A stretch of DNA of 64,000 bases from Thermoplasmatales archaeon SW_10_69_26 (GTDB taxonomy: Archaea; Thermoplasmatota; SW-10-69-26): the NCBI GenBank assembly GCA_003009755.1, contig PXUB01000043.1:1-64000 (forward strand). The letters run 5' to 3'. The notes below the pieces were generated by a model. The model made no database searches. It was not told the DNA's origin and saw only the letters and a list, made by a program, of their open reading frames with translations. This document shows, piece by piece, positions 29,233 through 38,770 of the stretch (the first letter of the stretch is position 1; each line of letters opens with the position of its first letter). A program made the position numbers and the translations under genes.

Positions 29233-29934
29233 ATGAGAGATGCGCTGATCGTCGTCTCGGAAGAGGGGTACTGGGGCGAAGAGCTGCTGGAGACGCTCGA
29301 AGGTCTCGACGACGCGGGCTTCGACGTCGAGATCGCCACGCCCAGCGGTCGCTACCCGCTGGTCGACCCCCGCAGCGCCGACCCGAACGAGGTCGGGGCC
29401 CTGATGGCCGAGCGCGTCGAGGAGCTGGAGGACGACCCCCGGCTCGAGGATCCCACACCGCTGCACGAGACCAGCGCCGACGACGTCGACGCCGTCGTCT
29501 TCCCCGGCGGTCACGGCACCGTCTGGGACGTCAACTAGGACGCCGACGCCCGCCGCCTGCTACGCGAGGCCGTCGAAGGGCCCGCCCGGGCGCTCGTCGT
29601 CTGCCACGCCGTCGGCCTCGTCGCCTTCACCCGGATGAGGGACGGGTCCCTGCTAGCCGAGGGTCGCGAGGTCACCGGCTTCCCGAACGCCTGGGAGGAC
29701 GAGATCGTCGACGAGAACGAGTGCATGCCCGACGGCACCAAGCTGCCCTACCGCATCGAGGACGAGATCAAGGCCGCCGACGGCAAGTGGGACGCCCAGA
29801 TCAGCGAGGACACGAGCGTCAAGGTCGACGGCGACCTCGTCACCTCCCGCGGCCCGGCCAGCAGCGAGGAGGCGATCAACACGCTGCTCGACGAGATGGG
29901 TATCGAACGCGGAAGCGGCGAGGACCACGAGTGA
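29233..29934 (+). pseudogene. DJ-1/PfpI-family protein interrupted by an in-frame TAG
   Basis: SEEGYWGEE, VFPGGHG, then TAG at 29536-29538; the frame continues with VCHA, VTGFPN, DGDLVTSRGP. Confidence 0.85.
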
Positions 29935-30011
29935 CCTCGTCGGAACCCGTCCGGTGACGATCGTCCTGTGCGGAGGCGGCGGATCCGCGGGGCCGGGAGC
30001 GATCGACGACG

Positions 30012-30440
30012 CTATCGTTCCGCCGGGTCGTCGAGGTCCAAGCCCTCCTCCCGCAACAGCTCGCGGACCCGCAGCCCCAGGTCGTCGCGGGCCCGGCGGA
30101 ACGCCGCCAACTGCCCGCCCTCTGGATTGTCGATCTCCCACTGCTCCGGCGAGAGACCCTCGAAGATCGGATCGTCGACGAGACCGGGTCCGATGGCCAC
30201 GACGGCGTCGGCGGCCTCCAGCTGGGCCCGCTGCACGGGGGCGGGCGCGATCCCGGTTGTGTCGATCCCGACCTCCCGAAGCGCCGTCAACGCACCCGGC
30301 AGGATCCGCCCATCGGGGTTGGTGCCCGCGCTGGCAGCCGCGACCTCGGGCGAGACCCCCTCCGCGATCGCCGCCGCCATCGGGCTCAACGCGTTGCACC
30401 GCTGGCACACGAACGCCAGCTCGACCCCCGACTCCGGCAT
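30012..30440 (-). CDS. LMW-PTP/ArsC-fold protein with a degenerate active site
   Basis: LAFVCQRCNALSPMA, ASAGT, LREVGID, WEIDNPEG, FRRARD; the catalytic Arg of CX5R is absent. Confidence 0.75.
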   Translation of the reverse strand: MPESGVELAFVCQRCNALSPMAAAIAEGVSPEVAAASAGTNPDGRILPGALTALREVGIDTTGIAPAPVQRAQLEAADAVVAIGPGLVDDPIFEGLSPEQWEIDNPEGGQLAAFRRARDDLGLRVRELLREEGLDLDDPAER

Positions 30441-30534
30441 GAGACCATCAACGACCGCCGACGGCAAGAGCGTTCCGAACCCCTCGGCGCGAGATGGCAG
30501 GCTTTTTCAGTCCTGTCGTCGCTCCACTTTCCGC

Positions 30535-30816
30535 ATGGGGGAGCAGGTTTCTTTCGCCTCGACGGGGGTCCTCGCCCTCGTCGCCGCGGTCGTTCTCGTC
30601 CCGATCGCCATCGTGCAGGTCCTCGGAGCTGGGCTCACGGAAGGCCTGCTCGTCGCGCTCGTCGTGGTCCCCATCCTCCTGGCGGCCCTCTGGGTGTACG
30701 TCGACGCTCGTCGGCGAGCCGACGACCACGCCTGGCTGTGGACGATTGTCACGCTGGCGTTGCCGCTCGTCGGCCTGATCGTCTACCTGGGCGTCCGGGC
30801 GATCGACACCCGCTAG
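30535..30816 (+). CDS. Small membrane protein
   Basis: Hydrophobic; LWVYVDARRR...WLW...LPLVGLIVYL pattern. Confidence 0.7.
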   Translation: MGEQVSFASTGVLALVAAVVLVPIAIVQVLGAGLTEGLLVALVVVPILLAALWVYVDARRRADDHAWLWTIVTLALPLVGLIVYLGVRAIDTR

Positions 30817-30852
30817 ACTATCGGTTTTGTTTTGCTTACGCCCCCGCGCCGG

Positions 30853-31072
30853 TCTCGGGAGACCGGGTACGGTCTCCCGAGAGGACGAGCTCGGAGGGCT
30901 CGTGCGAGGGAGAGTGGCAAGGTCGCGGAGCCCGAGGACGGGAACCCTCGAGGGTTGTCGACGGACACTGCCCGAAACAGCGATCCGGGCGAATCCAGCG
31001 ATCGGTCACCGGCCGATCGGTGGAGAATACGGATCTCCGATTCGTGTGAACCGTCGTCTCGGCTTCGCGTTT
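30853..31072 (+). ncRNA. Candidate structured RNA, about 200 nt, family unknown
   Basis: 13-bp perfect hairpin with GGTA loop at 30853-30882, several further hairpins, 30877-30887 can pair with 31052-31062, T-run at the 3' end. Confidence 0.4.
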
Positions 31073-31183
31073 TCACCGCCTGAGGCCGAGCGAGAGCTTA
31101 CCCCAAGCACAGCCGGCAGTCTAGTCCTCGGCCGGCTCGGCCACGCCAAGGGGCTCAAGTAGGGGCGGACGGCTGGCTACCTC

Positions 31184-31828
31184 GTGTCCGCCCGGAAGCC
31201 TCCCTCCTCGCTCGGCGACCTCGCCATCTCGATCGAGCAGCGCGAAGACGGACTCCGCATCCTCGAGGACGAGGTCTCGATCGCCGTCGACTTCGACGGT
31301 GTCCTCTTCGAGCAATCTCGCCACGTGCGCGATCTCTTCCAGGAGGTCCACGGGATCGATCCCGGCCCGGTCGACGAGTGGCCCTGCGAGCTCACCGAGC
31401 ACCCGCCGATCAAGGACGAGGGCCTGACCAAGGAGGACACCTGGGAGGTCTTCCACGCCGTCCACAACGATATCGAGCGGCACCGCGACGACCCGCTCGA
31501 CCCCGACACGACGACGGTGCTGGCCGAGCTCCGAGCTGCGGGTCACGAGGTCGAGATCGTCACCGCTCGCGATCCAGTCAGCCGCGAGCCGACCCGCTTC
31601 TTCCTCGAACGCAACGAGATCCCCCACGACCGACTCGTCATGGGGGACAACGCGAAGACCGGCTGGGACGTGCTCGTCGACGACCTCCCCCCGCACGTCG
31701 AGCGCGTCGCCGCCGACGGCTCGCTGGGCCTCCTGCACGACCAACCGTACAACCGGGCCTACGAGACCGACGGCAACCCTCGCCGGGTCGCCTCCTTCGA
31801 GGAGCTTGGGGCCCTGTTCGGCCACTGA
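31184..31828 (+). CDS. HAD-superfamily 5'(3')-nucleotidase-like protein
   Basis: IAVDFDGV, IVTAR, K...DVLVDDLP, DQPYN. Confidence 0.8.
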   Translation: MSARKPPSSLGDLAISIEQREDGLRILEDEVSIAVDFDGVLFEQSRHVRDLFQEVHGIDPGPVDEWPCELTEHPPIKDEGLTKEDTWEVFHAVHNDIERHRDDPLDPDTTTVLAELRAAGHEVEIVTARDPVSREPTRFFLERNEIPHDRLVMGDNAKTGWDVLVDDLPPHVERVAADGSLGLLHDQPYNRAYETDGNPRRVASFEELGALFGH

Positions 31829-31962
31829 TCCTCCCGGCTGTGGCCACCGCTTCCCGGCCCGCTCCACCGGAACCGCACGACGTAAGTGCCTACCGGGTCG
31901 GGGCTCGCCACGGGTAAGGGCACCGACGGAAGTGACTTATGCGAGTAGGCTCCATATATGGT

Positions 31963-32692
31963 TGTCCGCGTCGTGTAGGACGCGTGGACGGTCCGACCTC
32001 TCGCGTTGGTTGGTCCCCGCGGCGGGTTCGCCCGCCGGAGAGCGCGCTCGCGAGGGTGCGCGATGGGGCCAGGCGGGATCGGCTCACAGCCGATACCGTC
32101 GGACGGTGGAGCCCCGGTTCGCCGGGCGTGCCGCTGGCCACCCGGACACATCCGTGTCCGCGGGCTACCCGTCAGGGTCCGGGCGTCGCAGGCGCCCTCA
32201 AGCCCGCACGCGAAGAACGGCGTGTCGATCGAGGCGTGCGCTCCCGCGCGCGTCGAGAGAGCACGTGCGGAGGGCCGTGAAGCAAGGCCCCGGTTCGCCG
32301 GGGCAAGGAGGTGTGCCGAAACGGCGAACCTCTCGAGCTGACCGGCCGGTCTTCGGCGTGCGAACCGGGAAGGGCTCGCGCCCGTTCCGGGTGCCCGCCT
32401 CTTGGGTGGGCGAGGCGTGGTGAGCTTCGCGCTGGCCACGCAACAAGGGCCGCAAGGCCCGCGGGCCGACCGGAGATCGGTCGTTCCGTGGCACGCACCC
32501 GCATCTGCCTGACACCGAGCGATCGGTGCTCCTGCGGGTCGACCGTGCAGCCGCCCGGGTCTGTCCCGCTTCGCGGGAAGGGGCCCGAAGGCAGCGGTCC
32601 CGTGGCCGCCTTCGATGGTCGCGGAGACGTTCGGAGAGGAGTCCGAGCGGGTCAAGCCCGCTCCCGCCACGCGTCCGCGCGGTGCGGCTTTT
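31963..32692 (+). ncRNA. Candidate large structured non-coding RNA, about 730 nt, family unknown
   Basis: 5' end 31966-31991 pairs with 3' end 32664-32687; many hairpins with UUCG/GNRA loops; upstream TATA-like ACTTATG; CTTTTCC after the stem; no credible ORF. Confidence 0.75.
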
Positions 32693-33029
32693 CCTCCCCA
32701 CCTCTGCTCCCTCAGGGACTCCCGCCGCGAGGGCCTTCGGCTCGCCCGGTGGGAGGCCCTCGCTCGGTCCGTCCCTTCGGTCGCAGAGGTTCGTCGGCCT
32801 CGGCGAAGGGGGATGGGGGGTGTCGGTCTGCATCGAGGTACCGCAAGGGCGGGGTTCTGTAGCTGTCTCAGCCAGACGGAGTCTATTTGATCTTCAAGGC
32901 CTCTACGGCTATATCCGGCCCCTTCATCGCTTCAGCCGTCACGATCGCTTCGAGCGACAAAAGTCCGTGGTGGAGGGCCTTGTTGTCGCTAGTTCCTCTC
33001 CCAACTGAGACACGTTTAGAACCTCGCCC

Positions 33030-33361
33030 CAGGGGTACCTCTGCTTCGAGCTCCTTGCCAGCGGCGAACCTGACGCCGGGCCCTTCGGCCGGCGCCTGAA
33101 GGGGCGCTTGCCTCGGTCCGCCCCCTCGGTCGTCGATGTTCGTCGCAGCGCTATCTCGCCTGACGGGTTCCGGCGTGGCGTCGCTCTCGACGATCGAGGA
33201 CCCTTAGCCGTAGTGGGTCCCGGCCGGCAGGGTCACCTGGACCGAGTTCGCGGTGTCTTGACGGTTGCTCGTCTCCGATGCGACCTGATGCCCGAAACGT
33301 ATTTGTATCACATATCGACCGCTGTCTCGTAGACGATGATTGCTGCGGGGAGACCCGCGGT
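33030..33361 (+). repeat. Dispersed intergenic repeat family A, copy 2
   Basis: Identical 31-nt and 43-nt blocks shared with 7620-7965, plus a shared GCTCCTTGCCAGC. Confidence 0.85.
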
Positions 33362-33444
33362 GATCTTCTTTCGCCGACCGTCATCAACCAGCTCAGATCA
33401 TCGCTCGCGCGAGCGTTAGCCTGATCTTCCTGCGCCCCGAGGCC

Positions 33445-34740
33445 CTAGCGGCCGGCGACGCGCGGACCCTCGGCTTGCGCGTCGTCGAGCACCTCGGCGA
33501 TCTCGGCCTCGGCGTGGGCCGGCGTTCCCCCAGTCACGCGAGCCTCGACGCGGGTCCCGATGGGGAGCTGTTCGGGCAACACCACCGGATCGTAGGCGCC
33601 GGTCCGGGCCTGCGAGGTCCCCTCGACCACGTGCTCGACGACGGTGGCCTCCACCGTCTGACCCGCCAGGCGGCTGCGGTGGGCCCTCTGCAGGCGGTCG
33701 CGGACCTCGCTCAGTTCGCGCGATCGATCCTTCACGAGCCCGCCGTCCAGCTGGTCGAGCTCGGCGGCCGGCGTGCCGGGCCGCGGGCTGAACCTCGTGA
33801 CGTTCACGTGACCGGGCCAGGTCCCTTCGAGCAGATCCACGGTGGCTCGATGGTCGGCCTCGGTCTCGGTCGGGTACCCCACGATCACGTCGGTCGCGAT
33901 CGTGACCTCGCCGAGCACCTCGCGCGCCCGCTCGCACACGTGCTCGAAGTCCTCGACCGAGTGCTCGCGGTCCATCGCGTCCAGCACGTCGTCCGAGCCG
34001 GACTGCACCGGGACGTGCAGGAAGTTGTACACGTTGGGGTGGTCCATCGCCTCGAGCAGGTCGTCGAGGAACGGGATGCCGAGGAACGGATTCAGCATGC
34101 CGATCCGGATGCGGGCCCGGTCGGGCACCTCGCGCACGGCCTCGACGAGATCGGCCAGGTTGTGGCCGCGGTCCTGCCCGTAGGCGCCGGTGTCCATGCT
34201 CGTCAGCCGGATCTCGGTGGCGCCCCGGTCGACGGCGTCCTGGACCGCGTCCTGGATCGACTCGATCGGGTAGGAGCGCAGGCCGGGCCGGGCGAGCTTC
34301 GTGATGCAGAACGTGCAGTTGCCCAGACATCCGTCGTTGATGACGATCGTGGCGATGCCGTCCTCCAGCGTGCGCGGCAGGCCCGCCTTGTCGACGGGCG
34401 CGGGCGTGAACCGCCCCTCCTCGAGCAGCGGAACGAGCTGGTCGAGGTTCGAGGGCGGCAGCACGAGCGCGTGCGGGGCGATCTCGTGCACCTTGCCGGG
34501 TTGGGCGCTGGCCATGCAGCCGGACACGACGAGCGTGTCCACCTGCTCGTCCAAGGCTTGGATGCGTTCGACCATGCGGCGCTGGGTCTTGTCCACGACG
34601 GTGCAGGTGACGAGCACGGCTGCGTCGGCCCGAGCCGGCTCCTCGACGAGCTCGTGACCGGCCCGACGGGCCAGAGCCTCCATCGTGGAGCCCTCGGCCT
34701 GCGTCGTCGCGCAGCCGTACACCTCGACGTGGACGCGCAC
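33445..34740 (-). CDS. tRNA methylthiotransferase (MtaB/CDKAL1-like radical SAM protein with TRAM domain)
   Basis: VEVYGC, TCTV, VSGCM, GCLGNCTFC, DTGAYGQD, LHVPVQSGS, TDVIVGYPTETE, FSPRPGTPAA. Confidence 0.92.
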   Translation of the reverse strand: MRVHVEVYGCATTQAEGSTMEALARRAGHELVEEPARADAAVLVTCTVVDKTQRRMVERIQALDEQVDTLVVSGCMASAQPGKVHEIAPHALVLPPSNLDQLVPLLEEGRFTPAPVDKAGLPRTLEDGIATIVINDGCLGNCTFCITKLARPGLRSYPIESIQDAVQDAVDRGATEIRLTSMDTGAYGQDRGHNLADLVEAVREVPDRARIRIGMLNPFLGIPFLDDLLEAMDHPNVYNFLHVPVQSGSDDVLDAMDREHSVEDFEHVCERAREVLGEVTIATDVIVGYPTETEADHRATVDLLEGTWPGHVNVTRFSPRPGTPAAELDQLDGGLVKDRSRELSEVRDRLQRAHRSRLAGQTVEATVVEHVVEGTSQARTGAYDPVVLPEQLPIGTRVEARVTGGTPAHAEAEIAEVLDDAQAEGPRVAGR

Positions 34741-34924
34741 GCCTCCTCCAGCCCGGTCGCCGGCTTGAACCCTTGGCCTTGCAACGTCGGTTGGGCGAAC
34801 CGTTTAACCGTCCTCCAGCGTATCCCGCGAGTGGGAGGACCACCGTGGGAGGAAACCTGCCCCGACCCGAGGCCGCCCGACGATCGATGCAGCAAGCCAT
34901 CCACCGCCCGCCGGAGGTTCGGCG

Positions 34925-37186
34925 ATGAAGACCCGCAGCCTCGTCGTCGGGTTGGCCCTCGTGACGGCCGGGTTCACGCTGGCCGCCAACGGTGTGCAGG
35001 CCGCCGATGGCACCGGCTGCCTGACCCCGCTCGACATCAGCTTCGTGCTCGACCGGTCCGGCAGCATGTCCGGCGACCCGATCGAGACGGCCCGCGATGG
35101 CGCAAGCGAGCTCGCTCGCAGCCTGTCCGACGTCGAGCAGTCCGGGCTCGTCTCCTACTCGTCCTCCGCCACGCTCGACCAACCGCTGGGCTTCGACCAC
35201 GAGGCCACCGCGACGGCGATCGAGAGCCTCACCGCCGGCGGCGGCACGGCCACGGGCGACGCCATCGACCTCGCCCACGACGACATCCAGACCAACGCCC
35301 GCGCTGGCGTCGACGACGTGATGATCCTCCTGACGGACGGCATCACGAACGAGGGCAGCGACCCGGTCGTCCAAGCCCAGGCGGCCAAGGACGACGGCGT
35401 CGAGATCTACGCCATCGGGCTCGGCTCGGGCATCAACACCCAGGACCTGCAGCAGATCGCCTCCGACCCGACCGAGGAGCACTTCTTCCACCCCACGTCC
35501 ACGGAGGAGCTGTTGGAGGTCTTCCAGACGTTGACCCAACGCCTGGGCCAAGCTGCGACGGGCGAGGCTCACGCCCTCCGCGGCCAGGGCTCGGCTGACA
35601 GCGGCGACCGCGTCATCGTGGACCCGGTCTCCCAGGCGAAAAGCCCGCCCGACGAGACGCGCTCGAGGGCCCAGACCGTCGTCCCCGCTGGCCCCTACAC
35701 CGTCGAGATGAACCTCGTCGAGGACGCCAGCCAGGCCGATACGAGCAACGAGCGGACCAGCGCGACCTCGACGGCGCGCATCTCGTCCCTCGAGATCCGC
35801 AACGAGACGACCACGCTCGTCGCCGCCGACACGCTGCAAGCCCGTGCCCACAGCCAAGCGACGCCGGCCGGCGCCCAGACCAGCGACGACGGCACACGGC
35901 TGGCCGGGCTCGAGATTCTCGGCGAGACCGTCGAGGCGACCGTCCCCCCGAACACCGTCGTCCCCATCAGCGAGGACACCCAGATCGTCCTCAACGAGCA
36001 GATCACCGACGAGGCCGAGGACTACGCCTCCCTGCGCGTCAACCTCGTCCACCTCACCACCGAGCTGCCGGACGGCGGCTCGCTGGAGCTGGTCGTCTCC
36101 TCGGCCTACGCGGCCGCCGAGTGCGATTCGCCCCGCGCGGTCACCAGCCTCGCCGATGCCGCGGACCCGCCGATCCGCTACGAGGGCCCCGACGAGGAGA
36201 CCACCTACGAGGAGGCCACCGTCAACCGCGGCGGGTGCGCCAGCAACACCGTCGCCGTCAGCGGCAGCGGCTGCGCCGCCGGCGCGGCCGCCCTCTCGGC
36301 CTTCGGCCCCGCCGACTCCCCGCTGGGCGTGGCCGTCAGCGGCACGGACGAGAGCCAGGCCAACACGGGCGCCGCCGTCTCCGGCTTCGGTCCCTCGAAC
36401 GCCGGCGTCGGCGTCGCGATCAGCGGCACCGACTCGGCCACGGCGCCGGTCGGGGCTGCCGTCTCGGGCACCGGGCCTGCCGAGGGAGCCGCCGCCGCGT
36501 CCGGCACCGGTGACGCCGTCGGCGTGGCTGCCGTGTCCGGCACCGGCGACACGACCGGGCTCGTCCTGTTCAGCCTCACCGGCGAGTGCAACGAGATGGC
36601 CTGCTACGACGTGCAGCCGACCAACGACGCCCACGCCTGGACGCTGGCCCTCGCGGGCGACGGTTCCGCGCGGACCCACGTCGGCGCCTCCGTCGCCGGC
36701 ACCGGCACCGCCTCCAACGAGATCGCGGGCGCGGCCGTCTCCGGCACCGGGCCCGCCACGTCTCCGATCGGGGCCGCCGTCTCCGGGACGGGACCGGCCG
36801 AGGCCGGGCTCGGGGCTGCCGCCAGCGGGACGAACGACGCCTCCGGCGTCGCCGCCGTCTCCGGCACCGGGGACACCGAGGGCCTGGTCCTGTTCAGCGC
36901 CACCGGCGACTGCAGCGACCGGGACTGCTACGAGATCAACCCGACCGGCGAGGCCGACGCCTGGACGATGGCCGTCTCCGCCACCGACCCCTCGACGGCC
37001 GCCGTCGGCGTCGCCGTGACCGGCACCGACGACGCCCGTACCGACACCGGGGTCGCCGCCTCCGGCACCGATAGCGCCTACGCCGGCACCGGCGTCGGTG
37101 TCAGCGGCTGCACCGGCGTCCAGTTCGACCTGATCTTGATCGGCGGATCCCAGCCCTCGCCGGTGCCCGTGTGCGCCATCCCGTGA
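34925..37186 (+). CDS. Secreted VWA-domain protein with Gly/Ala/Ser/Thr-rich AVSGTG repeats
   Basis: Signal peptide; MIDAS motif DRSGSM, GGTATG, LLTDG; central IVLNEQ domain; many xAVSGTG repeats. Confidence 0.88.
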   Translation: MKTRSLVVGLALVTAGFTLAANGVQAADGTGCLTPLDISFVLDRSGSMSGDPIETARDGASELARSLSDVEQSGLVSYSSSATLDQPLGFDHEATATAIESLTAGGGTATGDAIDLAHDDIQTNARAGVDDVMILLTDGITNEGSDPVVQAQAAKDDGVEIYAIGLGSGINTQDLQQIASDPTEEHFFHPTSTEELLEVFQTLTQRLGQAATGEAHALRGQGSADSGDRVIVDPVSQAKSPPDETRSRAQTVVPAGPYTVEMNLVEDASQADTSNERTSATSTARISSLEIRNETTTLVAADTLQARAHSQATPAGAQTSDDGTRLAGLEILGETVEATVPPNTVVPISEDTQIVLNEQITDEAEDYASLRVNLVHLTTELPDGGSLELVVSSAYAAAECDSPRAVTSLADAADPPIRYEGPDEETTYEEATVNRGGCASNTVAVSGSGCAAGAAALSAFGPADSPLGVAVSGTDESQANTGAAVSGFGPSNAGVGVAISGTDSATAPVGAAVSGTGPAEGAAAASGTGDAVGVAAVSGTGDTTGLVLFSLTGECNEMACYDVQPTNDAHAWTLALAGDGSARTHVGASVAGTGTASNEIAGAAVSGTGPATSPIGAAVSGTGPAEAGLGAAASGTNDASGVAAVSGTGDTEGLVLFSATGDCSDRDCYEINPTGEADAWTMAVSATDPSTAAVGVAVTGTDDARTDTGVAASGTDSAYAGTGVGVSGCTGVQFDLILIGGSQPSPVPVCAIP

Positions 37187-37233
37187 TGTCGGACCCGCAA
37201 CCTTGATGCCGGCGGGCCCGCCAACGGCCTCCC

Positions 37234-38280
37234 GTGGACGCCCAGGCCTGGCTCGAGGACAACGCCCGGTTCCCCGTCCCCGACGGCGAGTTCGCCTGCC
37301 GGGAAGGCTGCGGCTTCTGCTGCACCTACCCGCCCAAGGTCGACGACGATCGCCTGGCCGCGATCGAGGCGGCCCGCGGCGACACGCCGACCGGGACCGA
37401 CGCCCACGGCAACACGCGCCTCGCACTGCAAGGCGGATGCGGGGGCTGCGTCCTCCTCCAGGATCGCCGATGCCAAGCCCACGAGAACCGCCCCGACCAC
37501 TGCCGGTTCTTCCCCTTCCACATCTACTTCGGTCGCGAGGTGGTCGTCGTCGCCGACCGCGTGTGCCCGGGCATCGCTCCCGACGACGCCGACCGAGGCC
37601 CCCACGAGCCCGCCTCGCGGTACCCCGCCTGGGAGCAACCGCGCGAGATCGAGGCCGCCGGCAGGGACGTGCTCACCGCCGCCGACCCCGAGGAGCTCGA
37701 GGGCCGAGCCCGCCAGGCTCGCGAAGCCCACGAGGCCGTCGAGGCGCAGGCCCGCTGGGCCGACGACTGGCGCGAGCCGGCCCACGCGGTCGAGGACCAC
37801 CTCGAGACCGCCGAGGCCACCCCCCGCGCCTGGCAGCTGGCGACCGAGGCCTTCCAGGCCCGCGAGCTGGCTCACCTGCCCACGACCGTGATCCCGGGCA
37901 AGCAGGGCTTCGAGTGGCGGGCTTGGCGCATCGCCGAGGAGCGGCTGCACCGCCTACGTTTCGACGAGGCCGGTCGCACGAAGCTCGTCGGCACCGCGCC
38001 TGTGCCCGAGGCGCCCGAGGACGACCTCGCGCCGGTCGTGGCCGAGACGCTGGCGGCGCTGGCCGAGCTGGAACCGTTCGTCGGCGCCTGCATGCACCAC
38101 GTCGAGCAGGGCCGCTCGATGGACGAGGCGGTCCAACGGCGACTGGCCGACGTCGCCGCCGGGCTCAGCCTGCACGCCGACCTGCTCCGGGCCGAAGATC
38201 TGCCCGTCACGACGGCCTGGCTGCGCTCCGTCTACGAGCCGGAGTTCTTCACGCTCGAGACCCTGGGCGAGTGGCTCTAG
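37234..38280 (+). CDS. YkgJ-type cysteine-cluster (Zn/Fe-chelating) protein
   Basis: FACREGCGFCC, CVLLQDRRCQAHENRPDHCRFFPF. Confidence 0.85.
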   Translation: MDAQAWLEDNARFPVPDGEFACREGCGFCCTYPPKVDDDRLAAIEAARGDTPTGTDAHGNTRLALQGGCGGCVLLQDRRCQAHENRPDHCRFFPFHIYFGREVVVVADRVCPGIAPDDADRGPHEPASRYPAWEQPREIEAAGRDVLTAADPEELEGRARQAREAHEAVEAQARWADDWREPAHAVEDHLETAEATPRAWQLATEAFQARELAHLPTTVIPGKQGFEWRAWRIAEERLHRLRFDEAGRTKLVGTAPVPEAPEDDLAPVVAETLAALAELEPFVGACMHHVEQGRSMDEAVQRRLADVAAGLSLHADLLRAEDLPVTTAWLRSVYEPEFFTLETLGEWL

Positions 38281-38711
38281 GCTCGGGCGGCCTGCAGCTC
38301 GGCGCGCACGGACTGCGCGAGGCCCGCCTCGTCGACCTCGACCTCGCCTTGCGCTTGGAACAGCGCGTGGATCGGACCGTGGCGGTCGCTGTCCCATCGT
38401 GGCACGATGTGCAGGTGGGCGTGGGGAACCTCCTGGCCGGCGGCCGAGCCCTCGTTCCACGCCATCGTGGCCCCGTCGGCGCCCACCGCCTCCTGCACGG
38501 CGCCGGCGATCTCGGGCACCGGCCGGAAGTAGCGGCCCGCCAGATCGGGGTCCAGATCCGAGACGCGCTCGACGTGCTCGCGCGGGACGACGAGCGTGTG
38601 GCCCTCCGCGAGCGGGTTCGCGTCGAGGAAGGCGACCACGTCCTCGTCCTCGTAGACCCGCTCGGCCGGGATCTCGCCCTCGATGATCTTGCAGAAGATG
38701 CACTCCGACAT
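38277..38711 (-). CDS. HIT-family nucleotide hydrolase
   Basis: CIFCKII, AFLDANP, GHTLVVP, AGQEVPHAHLHIVPR. Confidence 0.95.
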   Translation of the reverse strand: MSECIFCKIIEGEIPAERVYEDEDVVAFLDANPLAEGHTLVVPREHVERVSDLDPDLAGRYFRPVPEIAGAVQEAVGADGATMAWNEGSAAGQEVPHAHLHIVPRWDSDRHGPIHALFQAQGEVEVDEAGLAQSVRAELQAARA

Positions 38712-38770
38712 GGTCGCGTGGCCAACAACTGCCCCCCAACCTATAAGCCGTCGGTGGACCACCGTCGACC

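Noticed and set aside
30975-31005. Weak resemblance to the 3' half of a TPP riboswitch
   Set aside because: The CUGAGA motif is missing and no thiamine-related gene follows.
32447-32460. GGCCGCAAGGC resembles a 16S rRNA helix
   Set aside because: The flanking sequence lacks rRNA conserved motifs; it is simply a GNRA hairpin.
32686-32700. Minus-strand GAGGAAAAGCC resembling the RNase P GAGGAAAGUCC motif
   Set aside because: The match is imperfect, no partner 3' motif was seen, and the tetraloops and G-U pairs indicate a + strand RNA.
31759-33008. Arg/Pro/Gly-rich ORFs across the large intergenic region
   Set aside because: Composition is unlike the acidic host proteome; the region is better explained by RNA structure.
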